Source: Felis catus (taxonomy: Eukaryota). From it: 64,000 nt of DNA. The position numbers and the translations under genes are program-made. The notes under the pieces are model-generated. The model was not told the DNA's origin, did no database searches, and saw nothing but the letters and a program-made list of their open reading frames with translations. Position 1 is the stretch's first letter. The number at the start of each line of letters is the position of its first letter. Shown one piece after another: positions 39,976 to 50,615 of this stretch. Where the stretch lies: the NCBI RefSeq assembly GCF_018350175.1, contig NC_058368.1:114454001-114518000 (forward strand). Direction: 5' to 3'.

Positions 39976-41702
39976 TTGATAATAATTTTTTATTAAAGTA
40001 CAACATAAACATGTATTAATCAAAATGTACAGTACAATGAATTTTAAATTTAATACACTGTGTAACCAGACCTCAGATAAGGAACCAGAACATTACCAGC
40101 GCCCCAGATGCCCTCTGCCAGGCACCAACCCCTCCGAAAGAAACCAATGTCTTGATTTCTAACATTAGAGATTACTTTTGCCTGCTTTTCAATCACACAA
40201 CATGTGCTTTTGGTGTCTTAGTTTCTTTTGCTCAATATTACCTTTATGAAGTTCACCCACTAAGTAAAGTTTACCCATTAAGTTGCAACTAGCTTGTTTT
40301 CCTTGCTGTATATCATTCCATTGTGTGAATATAATGTAATTCTAATGCCGATTGGCATTATATGGGAGCATCTCTTAAATATTGTAAATGAGATCATCTC
40401 ATTACTCTGCTTAAATTCTTCCAACAACCTCCAATGCACTTAGATTAGGGTCTAGTTTAGGGGTGCCTGGGTGGCTTAGCCGGTTAAGCGTCCAACTTGG
40501 GCTCAGGTCATGATCTCACAGCTCTTGAGTTTGAGCCCTGTGTCAGGCTCTGTGCTATCAGCTCAGAGCCTGGAGTTTGCTTCCAATTCTGCATCTCCCT
40601 CTCTCTCTGCCGCTCCCCGGCTCCCACTCTGTCTCTCCTTCAAAAATAAATAAACATTAAAAAAAAATTTAGATTAGGATCTAGTTTATATGCCCTGGTT
40701 TACAAACCCTTGTAAGACCAGGTCCCTGCTCACTTACCTAACCTTACCTTCCAGCCCTCTTCTCCTCTCCCACTTCCTTTCACCCACACTGGCCTTCCTT
40801 TTGTTGCCACTGAACAAGACAAGTCTGTATCAGCCTTAGCGTTTTTGCCCTAGCCTTTCTTTCTGCTTGGAATGCTCTTCTCCCTGATCTTCACATGGTT
40901 GGCCCTTTCTGGTAATTGAGTTCTCTGTCTAAATAGCATCGCAGAAAGGCCATCCCCAACCAACCAATGTGAAATAACCCCCTAGCTACTCTACTACATC
41001 ATTACTCCAATTCTCTGCATAGCACTTATCATCACTTAATTTTTTTAACTTGATTTTTTATTATCTCCCCCTCTGGACTTCTACATCTATCTTATCACTA
41101 CTCTGTTGCCAGTGCCTAGAACAGTGCTGGTTCCTTATGAGCTCCTATTATTTAAAAAAATAACCAGGGTTGGGGTGCCTGGGTGGCTCAGTTGGTTAAG
41201 CACCAGACTTCAGCTTCAGCCATAATGATCTCACGGCTTGTGGGTTTGAGCCCCGCGTTTGGCTCTGTGCTGACAGCTCAGAGCCTGGAGCCAGCTTTGG
41301 ATTCGTTGTCTCCCTCTCTCTCTGCCCCTCCCCTGCTAGCGCTCTCTCTCTCTTTCTCAAAAATAAACATTAAAAAAAAATTTTTTTTTTTAATAATAAC
41401 CAGAGTCGCCTGGGTGGTTCAGTCAGTTAAGTGTCTGACTCTTGGTTTTGGCTCAGGTCATGATGTCACAGTTTCGTGAGTTCCAGCCCTATATCAGGCT
41501 CTGCACTGGTAGCACAGAGCCTGCTTGGGATTCTCTCTCTCCCTCGTTCTCTGCCCCTCCCCCATTAGTGCTGTCTCCGTTTCTTTTAAAATAAATAATG
41601 AATAAACTTAAAAAAGAAATAAACAAATAACAGAGGAATTTTGTGAGTCACCTCTGTAACTTCTCTGAGCTCCTTCCCTCTATTTAAAATCAAAGAGTGC
41701 CA

Positions 41703-41915
41703 GGGGCACCTGGGTGGCGCAGTCGGTTAAGCATCCGACTTCAGCCAGGTCACGATCTCGCGGTCCGTGAGTTCGAGCCCCGCGTCGGGCTCTGGGCTGA
41801 TGGCTCAGAGCCTGGAGCCTGTTTCCGATTCTGTGTCTCCCTCTCTCTCTCGCCCGTTCATGCTCTGTCTCTCTCTGTCCCAAAAATAAATAAACGTTGA
41901 AAAAAAATTTTTTTA
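41703..41915 (+). mobile_element. Young felid CanSINE (SINEC_Fc-like)
   Basis: Near-identical to the 16923 copy; target-site duplication AAATCAAAGAGTGCCA. Confidence 0.9.
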
Positions 41916-42285
41916 AATCAAAGAGTGCCAGAATGAGGAGGGGCATGAGTTTAGTCAGTCCAACCTTTTCTTTCAATCAAACAATAATTAAGTCAATTAC
42001 TTATTAAAATGCAGATTTCTGACACCATCCCAGAACTACTGAATCAGAAGCTGTGGTGATAATGCCTGGGAATCTGAGTTTTAGCAAGTTCACTGGAAAA
42101 TATGATGCATCCCAAAGTTTGAGAATTGGTCATATCCAATGCACAAAGGCAGGATCAGTAGTATCGACTTCACCTTTTGCTTCAGGCTCCAATATGCTTC
42201 AGCATGACATTGTTACTCTTTTTATTTACATTTTTGATATTTTGCTCCTCATGGATTTTGGGGGGGGGGAAGCATTGATTTTGAT

Positions 42286-42315
42286 TTTTAGTATATGTGC
42301 TGCTGAAGCAAGCAT
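42286..42315 (-). pseudogene. RNU6: 3'-truncated U6 snRNA retrocopy (first ~30 nt)
   Basis: Minus strand reads TGCTTGCTTCAGCAGCACATATACTAAAA versus the U6 5' end GTGCTCGCTTCGGCAGCACATATACTAAAAT, with CpG-type differences; flanked by the direct repeat TTGATTTTGATTTTT (42275-42289, 42315-42329). Confidence 0.85.
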
Positions 42316-42560
42316 TGATTTTGATTTTTTTTGAGAGACAGATGACACAAGTAAGCGAGAGGCAGAGGGAGATGGGGGAGAGAAAGAATCCCACAAGGGG
42401 CAGAGAGAGAGAGAGAGGGAGAGAGAGTGGGGCTCACCTGAACGGGGCTCGTGTTCACCCTATGTGGGACTTGAACTCACAAACCGTGAGATCATGACCT
42501 GAGCCAAAGTCAGATGCTTAACTGATGAGCCACGCAGGTGCCCAAGTCAGCACTGATTTT

Positions 42561-43003
42561 TATTTTTTTTATTTTTTTCCAACCAGGGTGGCTTGATTTT
42601 ATTGCAGGGAAGCGAGGGAGAGGCTGGGCAAGTGAGGGTCTCTGTAGGAACCCCCATTGCTGAGTAGGACTGCCAGGCCCCAGGTCTGTCTGGAAGTCAG
42701 GAGAGGATCAGAGGCCTGTCCCTTTTGGTCCATCTTGGGCCCAGGGGTCCAGGCCCTCACTACTTGGGGTCAAAGAAGGGAACAGCTTTTCCTGTTTTTC
42801 CCACAGTTTCCAGCAGAAGGTCCATGCTGTGCTCAGAGTTGATGCAAACCTTCTTGTTGAACAGGTCAATGTCAAACTCAACTTCTCCCACCTTGTTAAG
42901 CACCTGACTGACCTCATTAGAGCAGCCTTCACAGGTCATGTCCACAGAGAACTCGTGCGTCGGCATGACTGTGAATGTGATGGTGGCTGCAGCAGCAACG
43001 CCT
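42561..43003 (-). pseudogene. ATOX1: ATOX1 (copper chaperone) processed retrocopy with an uninterrupted 68-aa ORF at 42966-42760
   Basis: MPTHEFSVDMTCEGCSNEVSQVLNKV...KTGKAVPFFDPK*; intronless; MxCxxC motif; AATAAA at 42603-42598; poly(A) remnant 42578-42561; flanking direct repeat CTGATTTT at 42553-42560 and 43004-43011. Confidence 0.93.
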
Positions 43004-43268
43004 CTGATTTTCATTAAAAAAATTTTTTTAACATTTATTTGTTTTTTGATAAATAAATTAAAAAAGCGAGAAAGATAGAGAATGAGCAGGGGAGGCACAG
43101 AGAGGGACAGAGGATCTGAAGCAGGTTCTGTGCTCATAGCAAAGAGCCTGAAGCAGGGCTTGAACTTTGAACTCATGAACCATGATATCATGACCTGAGC
43201 CGAAATCAGACCCTTAATTGACTGGGCCACCCAGGTGCCCCTGATTTTGCATTAAAAAAAATACTGCA

Positions 43269-43516
43269 GGGGCGCCTGGGTGGCTCAGTCGGTTAAGTGG
43301 CCGACTTCGGCTCAGGGCATGATCTCACGGTCCGTGAGTTCGAGCCCCGCGTCGGGCTCTGTGCTGACAGTTCAGAGCCTGGAGGCTGTTTCAGATTCTG
43401 TGTCTCCCTCTCTCTGACCCTCCCCTGTTCATGCTCTGTCTCTCCCTGTCTCAAAAATAAATAAAATGTTAAAAAAAAAATTTTTTTTAAATATAAAAAA
43501 AAAAAGAAAAAAAAAA
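43269..43516 (+). mobile_element. Young CanSINE
   Basis: CpG-rich head; target-site duplication AAAAAAATACTGCA. Confidence 0.88.
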
Positions 43517-43989
43517 TACTGCATTAAGAAGCACCTGGCCAACTCAGTTGGTGGAGTATGAGACTCTTCTGATCTCAGAGTTGTGAGTTTAGCCCCACAT
43601 TCACTGTAGAAATTACTTAAAAGAATTTTTAAAATCTTAAAAATATATATATTGCATTAAAATATTCTTTATCTTGAGTACTTTTTCAATGGCACCCCCC
43701 TTCACTCACTCACCTTAGTCCCAGTTCTGCCTAGCACAATTTGCTTCACTTTCTGGACCTTAGTTTCCCAAATGTAAGGTGAGGAATTTGGATTAAACCA
43801 GTGTTTCTCAATGGAGGGCTAGGGTAGATATAGGTTAGGCCCCTTACAGGAGTATATCAGAATTTCCAAAGGTAATGGGTGGCTCAAAAAAGTATATTTG
43901 ATCGTTATATATGTGGAAGATGAAAAATACTTTTGAAATTTCCAAAACATATTTAGAGAAGGCATGAGAGATTTATCTTTACCAAAAGA

Positions 43990-44310
43990 GAAACATGGAT
44001 TTGGATGGTTTAAGAAGGGGAAGGGAAGGAAAAATAAGACAACAGAGAGAGAGAGGCAAACCATAAGAGATTCTTAAAGACAGAGAACAAACTAAGTGTT
44101 GCTGGAGGGGTGTGGGAGGGTGGGGATGGGCTAAATGGGTGATGGGCATTGAGGAGAGCACTTGCTGGGATGAGCACTGGGTGTACATGTTAGTGATGAA
44201 TCAGTAAATTCTACTCCTGAAACCATTATTACACTATATATTAACTAATTTGGATTTAAATAAAACTAAAACAACAAATGAAAAATACTCACCAACTTTA
44301 AATAAAACAA
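43990..44310 (+). mobile_element. Carnivore L1 3'UTR fragment
   Basis: gaggcaaaccataagaga...gggatgagcactgggtgt plus A-rich tail; same sequence type as the 50.6-51.1 kb L1. Confidence 0.8.
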
Positions 44311-45539
44311 ATAGTTTGAGAAATATTATATATTTAAGATGTTACTGCTGGTACGAACCCAATAAGTCCTTGCTGAAAGAAATGTAGCAAGTCCACGTCT
44401 CACTGCTTAAACTGGACTAAATATTGAGTCAGAACAATTTTCAAAAGTAAACCTCCAAGTTCAGAGCTGACAGTTCAGAGTCTGAACAATGGTGGATTTA
44501 GGGGCAATTGCACCTCAACAAAAGAAGGTAGGGCCACCCTTCTTCTAACAAAAGAAGGTAGGGACAATGTTGAAGTTCATCATAACAGGGTAGAACTTGT
44601 TATACTTAATTGATTGATGGGGAAGGTGTTTAAGGTTTCTGCCTGATATTAGGCATACCGTAAGGTTTCAGCCATACTGTTAGGGTTACTGAAATTTTCT
44701 GGGCAGTAAAATCAGATTGGTAATAACTTGCTGCCCTGATTTACTGATGGAGTGAATCTGGATAGACCAGTCCTTTCCCTCCTTCCTTCCATATCTGTCT
44801 TGCAGCCAAGGCTCCACATATATAGTATTTCATTTCTGCAGTGACTACTTTGTGAGCCGAAGTGACGGGTCCATGTATGGTCTCTGTCTCCACTGAGGCT
44901 CAGGGCAGGAGCCCCACAATGAGATTTCCATGCACCCGTCCCACTCCCAAAGGTCACAGACATGTTCCCTGGGATCTTGGATCCGAGGCTACCCTTTTCT
45001 GGGGGAATGGCATAGTTCTAAAACCAGGCCCTGAACTATATATTCCACAAGATACTTATTGTGTATTTATAATAGAGCAACGCACTGTGCTGAGCCATCT
45101 TCCCCAACAGTGAGTTTTCTGCTATAATTAAAATAATGAAAATATGTTCTAAAAGGATGGAGGGGGTGGCAGTGAGAAATATTCTCAAATAATGATGTTA
45201 GAAGTTCTGGCAGCAGTTTATAACCCTAATTTGTAACAAGTCAGTTACAAAAAACTTCTTTCTTCACGCGTACCTACTGTCCACTTTCCCAGTCCTTACA
45301 GAGAGTGGAAGGGTTGAAGCCCATGTGCAGCAAATGGCACTCCAGCCTGATTCTCCTCACCTCCTAGAGATGCTGTCGTGGAAGTGGCCTGGCTGCTACT
45401 GTTCTGTGTCTGTGTAGACGCACCTCAAAAGAGGAAAGTGGGGGAATGGGGAGTAGGGGAACGAGGATATGCTTGGGTGTCCTGGCCATTACTGGCATTC
45501 AATCTACAACAGTTCAAAAACTGTACTAGGCATGGAAGG

Positions 45540-46150
45540 TAGCCCCTTCCCGGCACCCAGGGCTTCCTTCCACGTACACAGGGCCACCTGGGACGGCGGT
45601 AGTGCGGTGTCTGAGCCCCCTCTGGACAACCGTGACCAATGCCCCCCCCCCCACCCCCCCACCCCGTAGGTTCCTCTCCTCTCCCCTTAATGCCCTGGCC
45701 ATAGCGGCCCCGCGTACGCACAGACGACACTCACCGGCTCCAAGCGGCAGCGGTAGCAGCAGCAGCAGGAATAAGGGCGCCAGTGGTCGCGGGTTAGGAG
45801 GACGAACCATGGCTCTGTCCGCACGCCGGCCGTCGGCTCCGGAGACGCTATGCCTGCACCCAGCGCCGTGCTCCCCTAGCTCCTCGAGCTGAGGTTCTGC
45901 GAGCCGGGCTCCTCGACCGCCAGCCACTGCCGCCTCCCGCGCTTCCTCGCGCGCGCGGTGCCGACACTCTCCCACCAGAGTCCTGGGCGCCGCCCTCCAA
46001 CTCCGAAGCGCGCGGACGAACCGCGTCGCTTCTACTCTATCGGGAAGACGGCGGGAGTGGGGGCGAAAAGGGCATGCGCCCGGCTTGTGCGTGCCAGAGA
46101 GAGTTCTCTACCCGAGCTGGCCCACCTGCCGTCCGTTGCCCACTTCACTT
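45540..46150 (-). promoter_or_regulatory. GFRA3: GFRA3 CpG-island promoter / first exon
   Basis: Dense CpG, GC-box-like GGGGGCG (about 46058-46064), NRF1-like GCATGCGC (46072-46079), no obvious TATA; spans exon 1. Confidence 0.85.
45735..45810 (-). CDS. GFRA3: GDNF family receptor alpha-3, coding exon 1 (signal peptide MVRPPNPRPLAPLFLLLLLPLPLGA)
   Basis: ATG at 45810-45808 in GCCATGG Kozak context within a CpG island; hydrophobic leader resembles human GFRA3 MVRPLNPRPL...; donor CCG|GTGAGT; 76 nt, phase 1. Confidence 0.95.
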
Positions 46151-48669
46151 AGAGGAGAAATAATGCCCAAGACAATTGTGGCAGCTGTAGCTGGAGACTC
46201 GCCATATCAGGAGATCAAGTATTTATCAAAAAAAAAAAAAAAAAAAGCACCATTTCTCACTTCCTGGACTCCGCACCCCACCCCTTCCAAGAAAACTTGA
46301 ATAAACAGCACCAAGGCACTTCTAGGTCCCCCCCCCCCCCCCCCCCCCCCGCTTAGAATTTGCACATCTTTGCCTCCATTTCCCCCTTGTAAGTATCTTC
46401 AAGGGTAAGGTCGGGCTGTTATCATTAACCCCATGATTCTGCAAAGATGGGTCCCAGACAGGTGAAATGGCTGTGCTGAGGACAGTCCTGCGGCCAGATT
46501 CCAGGACTTTTGCCAGACCAGCCTCCTCCAAAATTCAACCCCTTCAGTGTCATTAGGGAGGGTGGAAGGATTAAACCCTCCTCAGATTAGAGGTTTCCCT
46601 GGAGATAGATAAGACAGGATCCCTGAAGAAGGTGCTAGAGAGACCATTTAGCAGCCTCCTCATTTTCAGGTCGATGTTTCTGAAAGCAACCTACTCTATC
46701 AAGAGTAAACAGTGAGGTAGAAACACAGCTGTGCCAAGAGCCCAGGATTTCCACCCACAAGGGTAAGGGTATTTGTCGAGCCTAGGGTTGATTCCCACCT
46801 GCTCCCAGGATAAACAGAGGCACAATGACTTGGAAGAATAACTAAGCAGTGCTTAGAAAGAGAAAGAAGATAATGAAAGGAAGTGGAGGGTTTTGTCTCC
46901 TAACCCTGCAGCCCAAGCCCTCTCCTCACTTCTACAGAGGCCTGGCAGAGGGCCAGGAGGAGGGTATCAAGAAATGCAGTATAAACCTCTGAGATTTATT
47001 GGCTGCTGCTTCTCAATATGGCCATCCTGCTGTGGCCTCTGGGGGGCATTTGCCGATGTAATCAGCCCAGAAAGAGAGTCATCCCAGCCAGGGGTGTAAA
47101 TCACCCTTCACAAAGCTAGGAGAGAGACATGTGGCCCTAGATAAGGAAGAAGAGATGTGGCCTCTTGTGCCCTTTCCTCCCTTCCCCTGCCCAAGGGGAA
47201 CTGGTTCCTGAGCTGTAATGCACTTTAAATGGAGTTTGTGCTTCATTTTAATCTCTATCTGCCCTGCCAGTCTTCCAGGAGAGCTGTGAAAGTGAACATC
47301 TGGCTACTCAGCTTTTCTACAGGGCCTGTTTTTCCCCAAAGCCACACTACCTCCCTGTACCTTCTCCTCCAGTGAGGTTAGAAAGCTGTACTGGGGACCG
47401 ATATCCCCTTTCCACTCCACTCTGGCAATAGTTTCAAAATGGGATCTACAAAGAGTAACAATTTCAGATGGTTGGAATGCTAAAAAAGGGCTGAGACTGA
47501 TGAAATAACAGAGTTGTCAGGGGTGGGGGGTGCCAAGGGGTGTCGCCTCTGCTCTCCCCCTCCTTCAGCAACCAAGCCCAATCAAGTTTGGGTAGGAAGA
47601 CAGGCTGGGAAAAGGCATTTCCTCAGGAGGCTCACTCTAAGTGTCTACTCAGTGCCATCCCCATGGAATGGACCAGGAAGGCAGGAACAGGGTCAAACTG
47701 CTAGGCTGAGAGCAATCCTAATTCCACATGTAATAGGCCGGCCTTTTTGTGAGAATAATGAGATGCCTGGAGCATCTTTCTGCCTGGGCACTGGAGTGGA
47801 GAGTCTGACATCATTGGACCTTTAATGACGATTGGTAACCAAAGCTAGGGGAGAGATGAGGAAGCCTCCGCAAATAAATTTGACTCCAACACTTATATTG
47901 ACAGCTTTTCCAGCACACCCTCTGCCCACCAACCATGTCCCCTGTGACTGCCAACACCTGCTAGATAAGCAGCATTGCCTTTGGGAACCTTGTAGATAAT
48001 GACAAATGAGCCAGTCTTTTCTATAAAGATGATGTTATTCAACTGTCATTCAATTCAATAATGTCTTTTGAGACTGATTATGGGTTCAAATTTGTACCGG
48101 GTGCAAAAATGATTAAGAGACAAAACTTGCCCTATAAGGCTTTGCAATCCACTGAATGGGCTCAACAGTCTGAAAACCTTGCATCTTACTCCACTTCATT
48201 TGTAATCTTGGTTTCTGCCTTCTATCAGGCCCTCTCTCACTGGTAAGCTTTAATTCCTGCTGCTACCCTCACCTGGGATATTAACAGTGTGGTGAATAGT
48301 TAAGAACACAAGCTTTATAGACCTTCTGGGTTCAACACATGCTGGATGACCTTGGGCACAGCACTTAATTTTTCTGGGCTTCAGTTTCTTCATCTGTAAA
48401 ATTAATAACAATACCTATTTCATACAACAGTTGTGAGGATTATACAACTATATATTGAGTAAAAACTTTAGCATAATGCCTATCCAGAGCAAGCACTGAA
48501 TAAATGGTATCATTCCAGGTGGCATGCAGAAGTTAATTTTTCTGTGACCTTAGCCAGCCCCCACCACCAGATTTGTTGCTTTGGAGCTGAAGGCTACAGT
48601 ACTTCTTCTCTTTGCCAGAGTGCTTATAAGGATGGGAAAAAAGGAAATCATTTTCTACATTGTCAGTCT

Positions 48670-49500
48670 CTCTTTTTTTAATGTTTATTTATTTATTTAC
48701 AGAGCACACACCCACGAGCAGGGGAAGGAAAGAGAAAGAGAATCCCAAGCAGACTCCATGCTCAGTGCAGAACCCAACATGGGGTTCAAACCCATGAACC
48801 TCAATATCATGACCTGAGCTGAAATCAAGAGTCAGATGCTTAAATGACTAAGCCACCCAGGCGCCCCTACCCTGTCAGTCTCTTGAGGACAAGGGCAGTT
48901 TGTAAGATCAAGCCCTGCGGTTGGATTCTGTACTGACAGCACAGAGCCTGCTTGGGATTCTCTCTCTTTGCCCCTACCTGGGGCATGCACACACATGCAC
49001 TCTCTCTCAAGATAAATAAATAAACTTCAAAAGAAAAGGTTTAAAAAATAAAATAAAATAGGGATGCCTGGGTGGTTCAGTCGGCTAAGTGTTAGATTTC
49101 AGCTCAGGTGATGATCTTGAGGTTTCTGAGTTTGAGCCCTGCATTGGGCTCTCTGCTGTAAGCATGGAACCCACTTCAGATCCTCTGTCTCCCTCTCCCT
49201 CTGTCCTTCCACTGCTCTCTCTTTAAAATAAATAAACATTTGAGGGGCGCCTGGGTGGCTCGGTCGGTTGAGCGTCCGACTTCGGCTCAGGTCATGATCT
49301 CACGGTCCGTGATTTCGAGTCCCGCGTCGGGCTCTGTGCTGACAGCTCAGAGCCTGGAGCCTGTTTCGGATTCTGTGTCTCCCTCTCTCTCTGCCCCTCC
49401 CCTGTTCATGCTCTGTCTCTCTCTGTCTCAAAAATAAATAAACGTTAAAAAAATTTTTTTAAATAAAATAAAATAAACATTTGAAAAATAAATAATAAAA
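48670..49500. mobile_element. Cluster of about four CanSINEs; the youngest (49244-49470) is inserted in the tail of its neighbour
   Basis: Repeated SINE heads and CT tracts; duplication AAATAAACATTTGA flanks the 49244 copy. Dozens of further CanSINE copies occur throughout the window and are not listed individually. Confidence 0.85.
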
Positions 49501-49581
49501 ACAAAAGGAATTGGTATTTCCTTAACATTTGCATGAATTGAATGGGGAAAGAGAATCTTCCATACCTCCTCCCACTTTATA

Positions 49582-49626
49582 AAAGGAAAGGAAAGGAAAG
49601 GAAAGGAAAGGAAAGGAAAGGAAAGG
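49582..49626 (+). repeat. (GGAAA)n pentanucleotide repeat
   Basis: Direct reading. Confidence 0.95.
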
Positions 49627-50615
49627 CCCCTGCCCTCTCTGTGGCAGAGGTCAGCCAGATCCTGGGCTGAGAGTCAAAACCATGTTTTCAGACTGAAAGA
49701 TTTCCAGTCCTCATTTCTAGACTTTATAATGAACAGATACCAACCAGTCAGTGTTAGTGTAGAGGTAACCGACTATATACCTTATTCCAAGGTCTCTGTG
49801 CTAGGGTCTTAGCCCTTAACCTCATCTCTCAAGCCCAAGCAACCCTTATGGCCTTGACTTCTTAAGAAACTATAATTGAGGCACTCACTTACATATTTAA
49901 CATGTAATAGACTGTCAACTCTAGAGAGTCATATTGTTCTTTGTTGAGGATGTGGTAACGGCAAACCCATTCAGAGTATGGACACTGGAGCCATATTGCC
50001 TGGGTTCAAATCCAGATTCCACCATTCATTCATTACCTATGTGAACTTTTTTTTTTTATTAATTTTTTTTTTTTAACTTTAGAGAGAGAGAAAGCACAAG
50101 TGGGGGAGAGGGGCAGGCAGAGAGAGAGAGAATCTTAAGTAGGCTCCATGCTCAGCAGAGGCTAACTGGGATCATGACCTGAGCCAAAATCAAGAGTCAT
50201 TTGCTTAACCAACTGAACCACCCAGGTTGCCCATTAGCTGTGTAATTTTTTAAAAGTTACTGAATCCCTCTGTTTCTTACTTTCTTTATCTGTAAAATGT
50301 GCCTAATAATAAGTACCTGCCTCACAGGAGTGTTGTGAAAATTAAACTAGTTGATACATATGAGTTCATAAAAAGTCTTGCATATAATAAGCACCCGAAA
50401 AATGTTAACTACTGTTATTATTCCTGAAAATAACATAAATCAAATCACATGGTACCTATGAGGTGGGAGGATATTACAAGAAATTATACAGGAAAATGGT
50501 GCCTTTTAGGCAAATACAATTTTTCATAAAGTAAGTAACTAATTAAGCCCTAGTTTTTGTTTTGAAACTCAGAATTTCCACTTAATTAAGATTACTGAAA
50601 GCGCTGCTATAAACA

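Larger units (their letters stand above)
42143..43730 (-). mobile_element. Ancient hAT-type DNA transposon remnant (Tip100 group, Zaphod/MER115-like by recall) split by nested insertions
   Basis: The two flanks (42143-42270 and 43645-43730) join into a sequence resembling the recalled element (GGGACTAAGGTGAG...TCAAGATAAAGAATATTTTAATGCAA...CATATTGGAGCCTGAAGCAAAAGG); family name uncertain. Confidence 0.55.

Noticed and set aside
45811..45975. Open frame upstream of and in frame with the GFRA3 ATG (possible non-AUG extension)
   Set aside because: GC-rich sequence lacks stops by composition; the ATG has a strong Kozak context and the signal peptide needs to be N-terminal.
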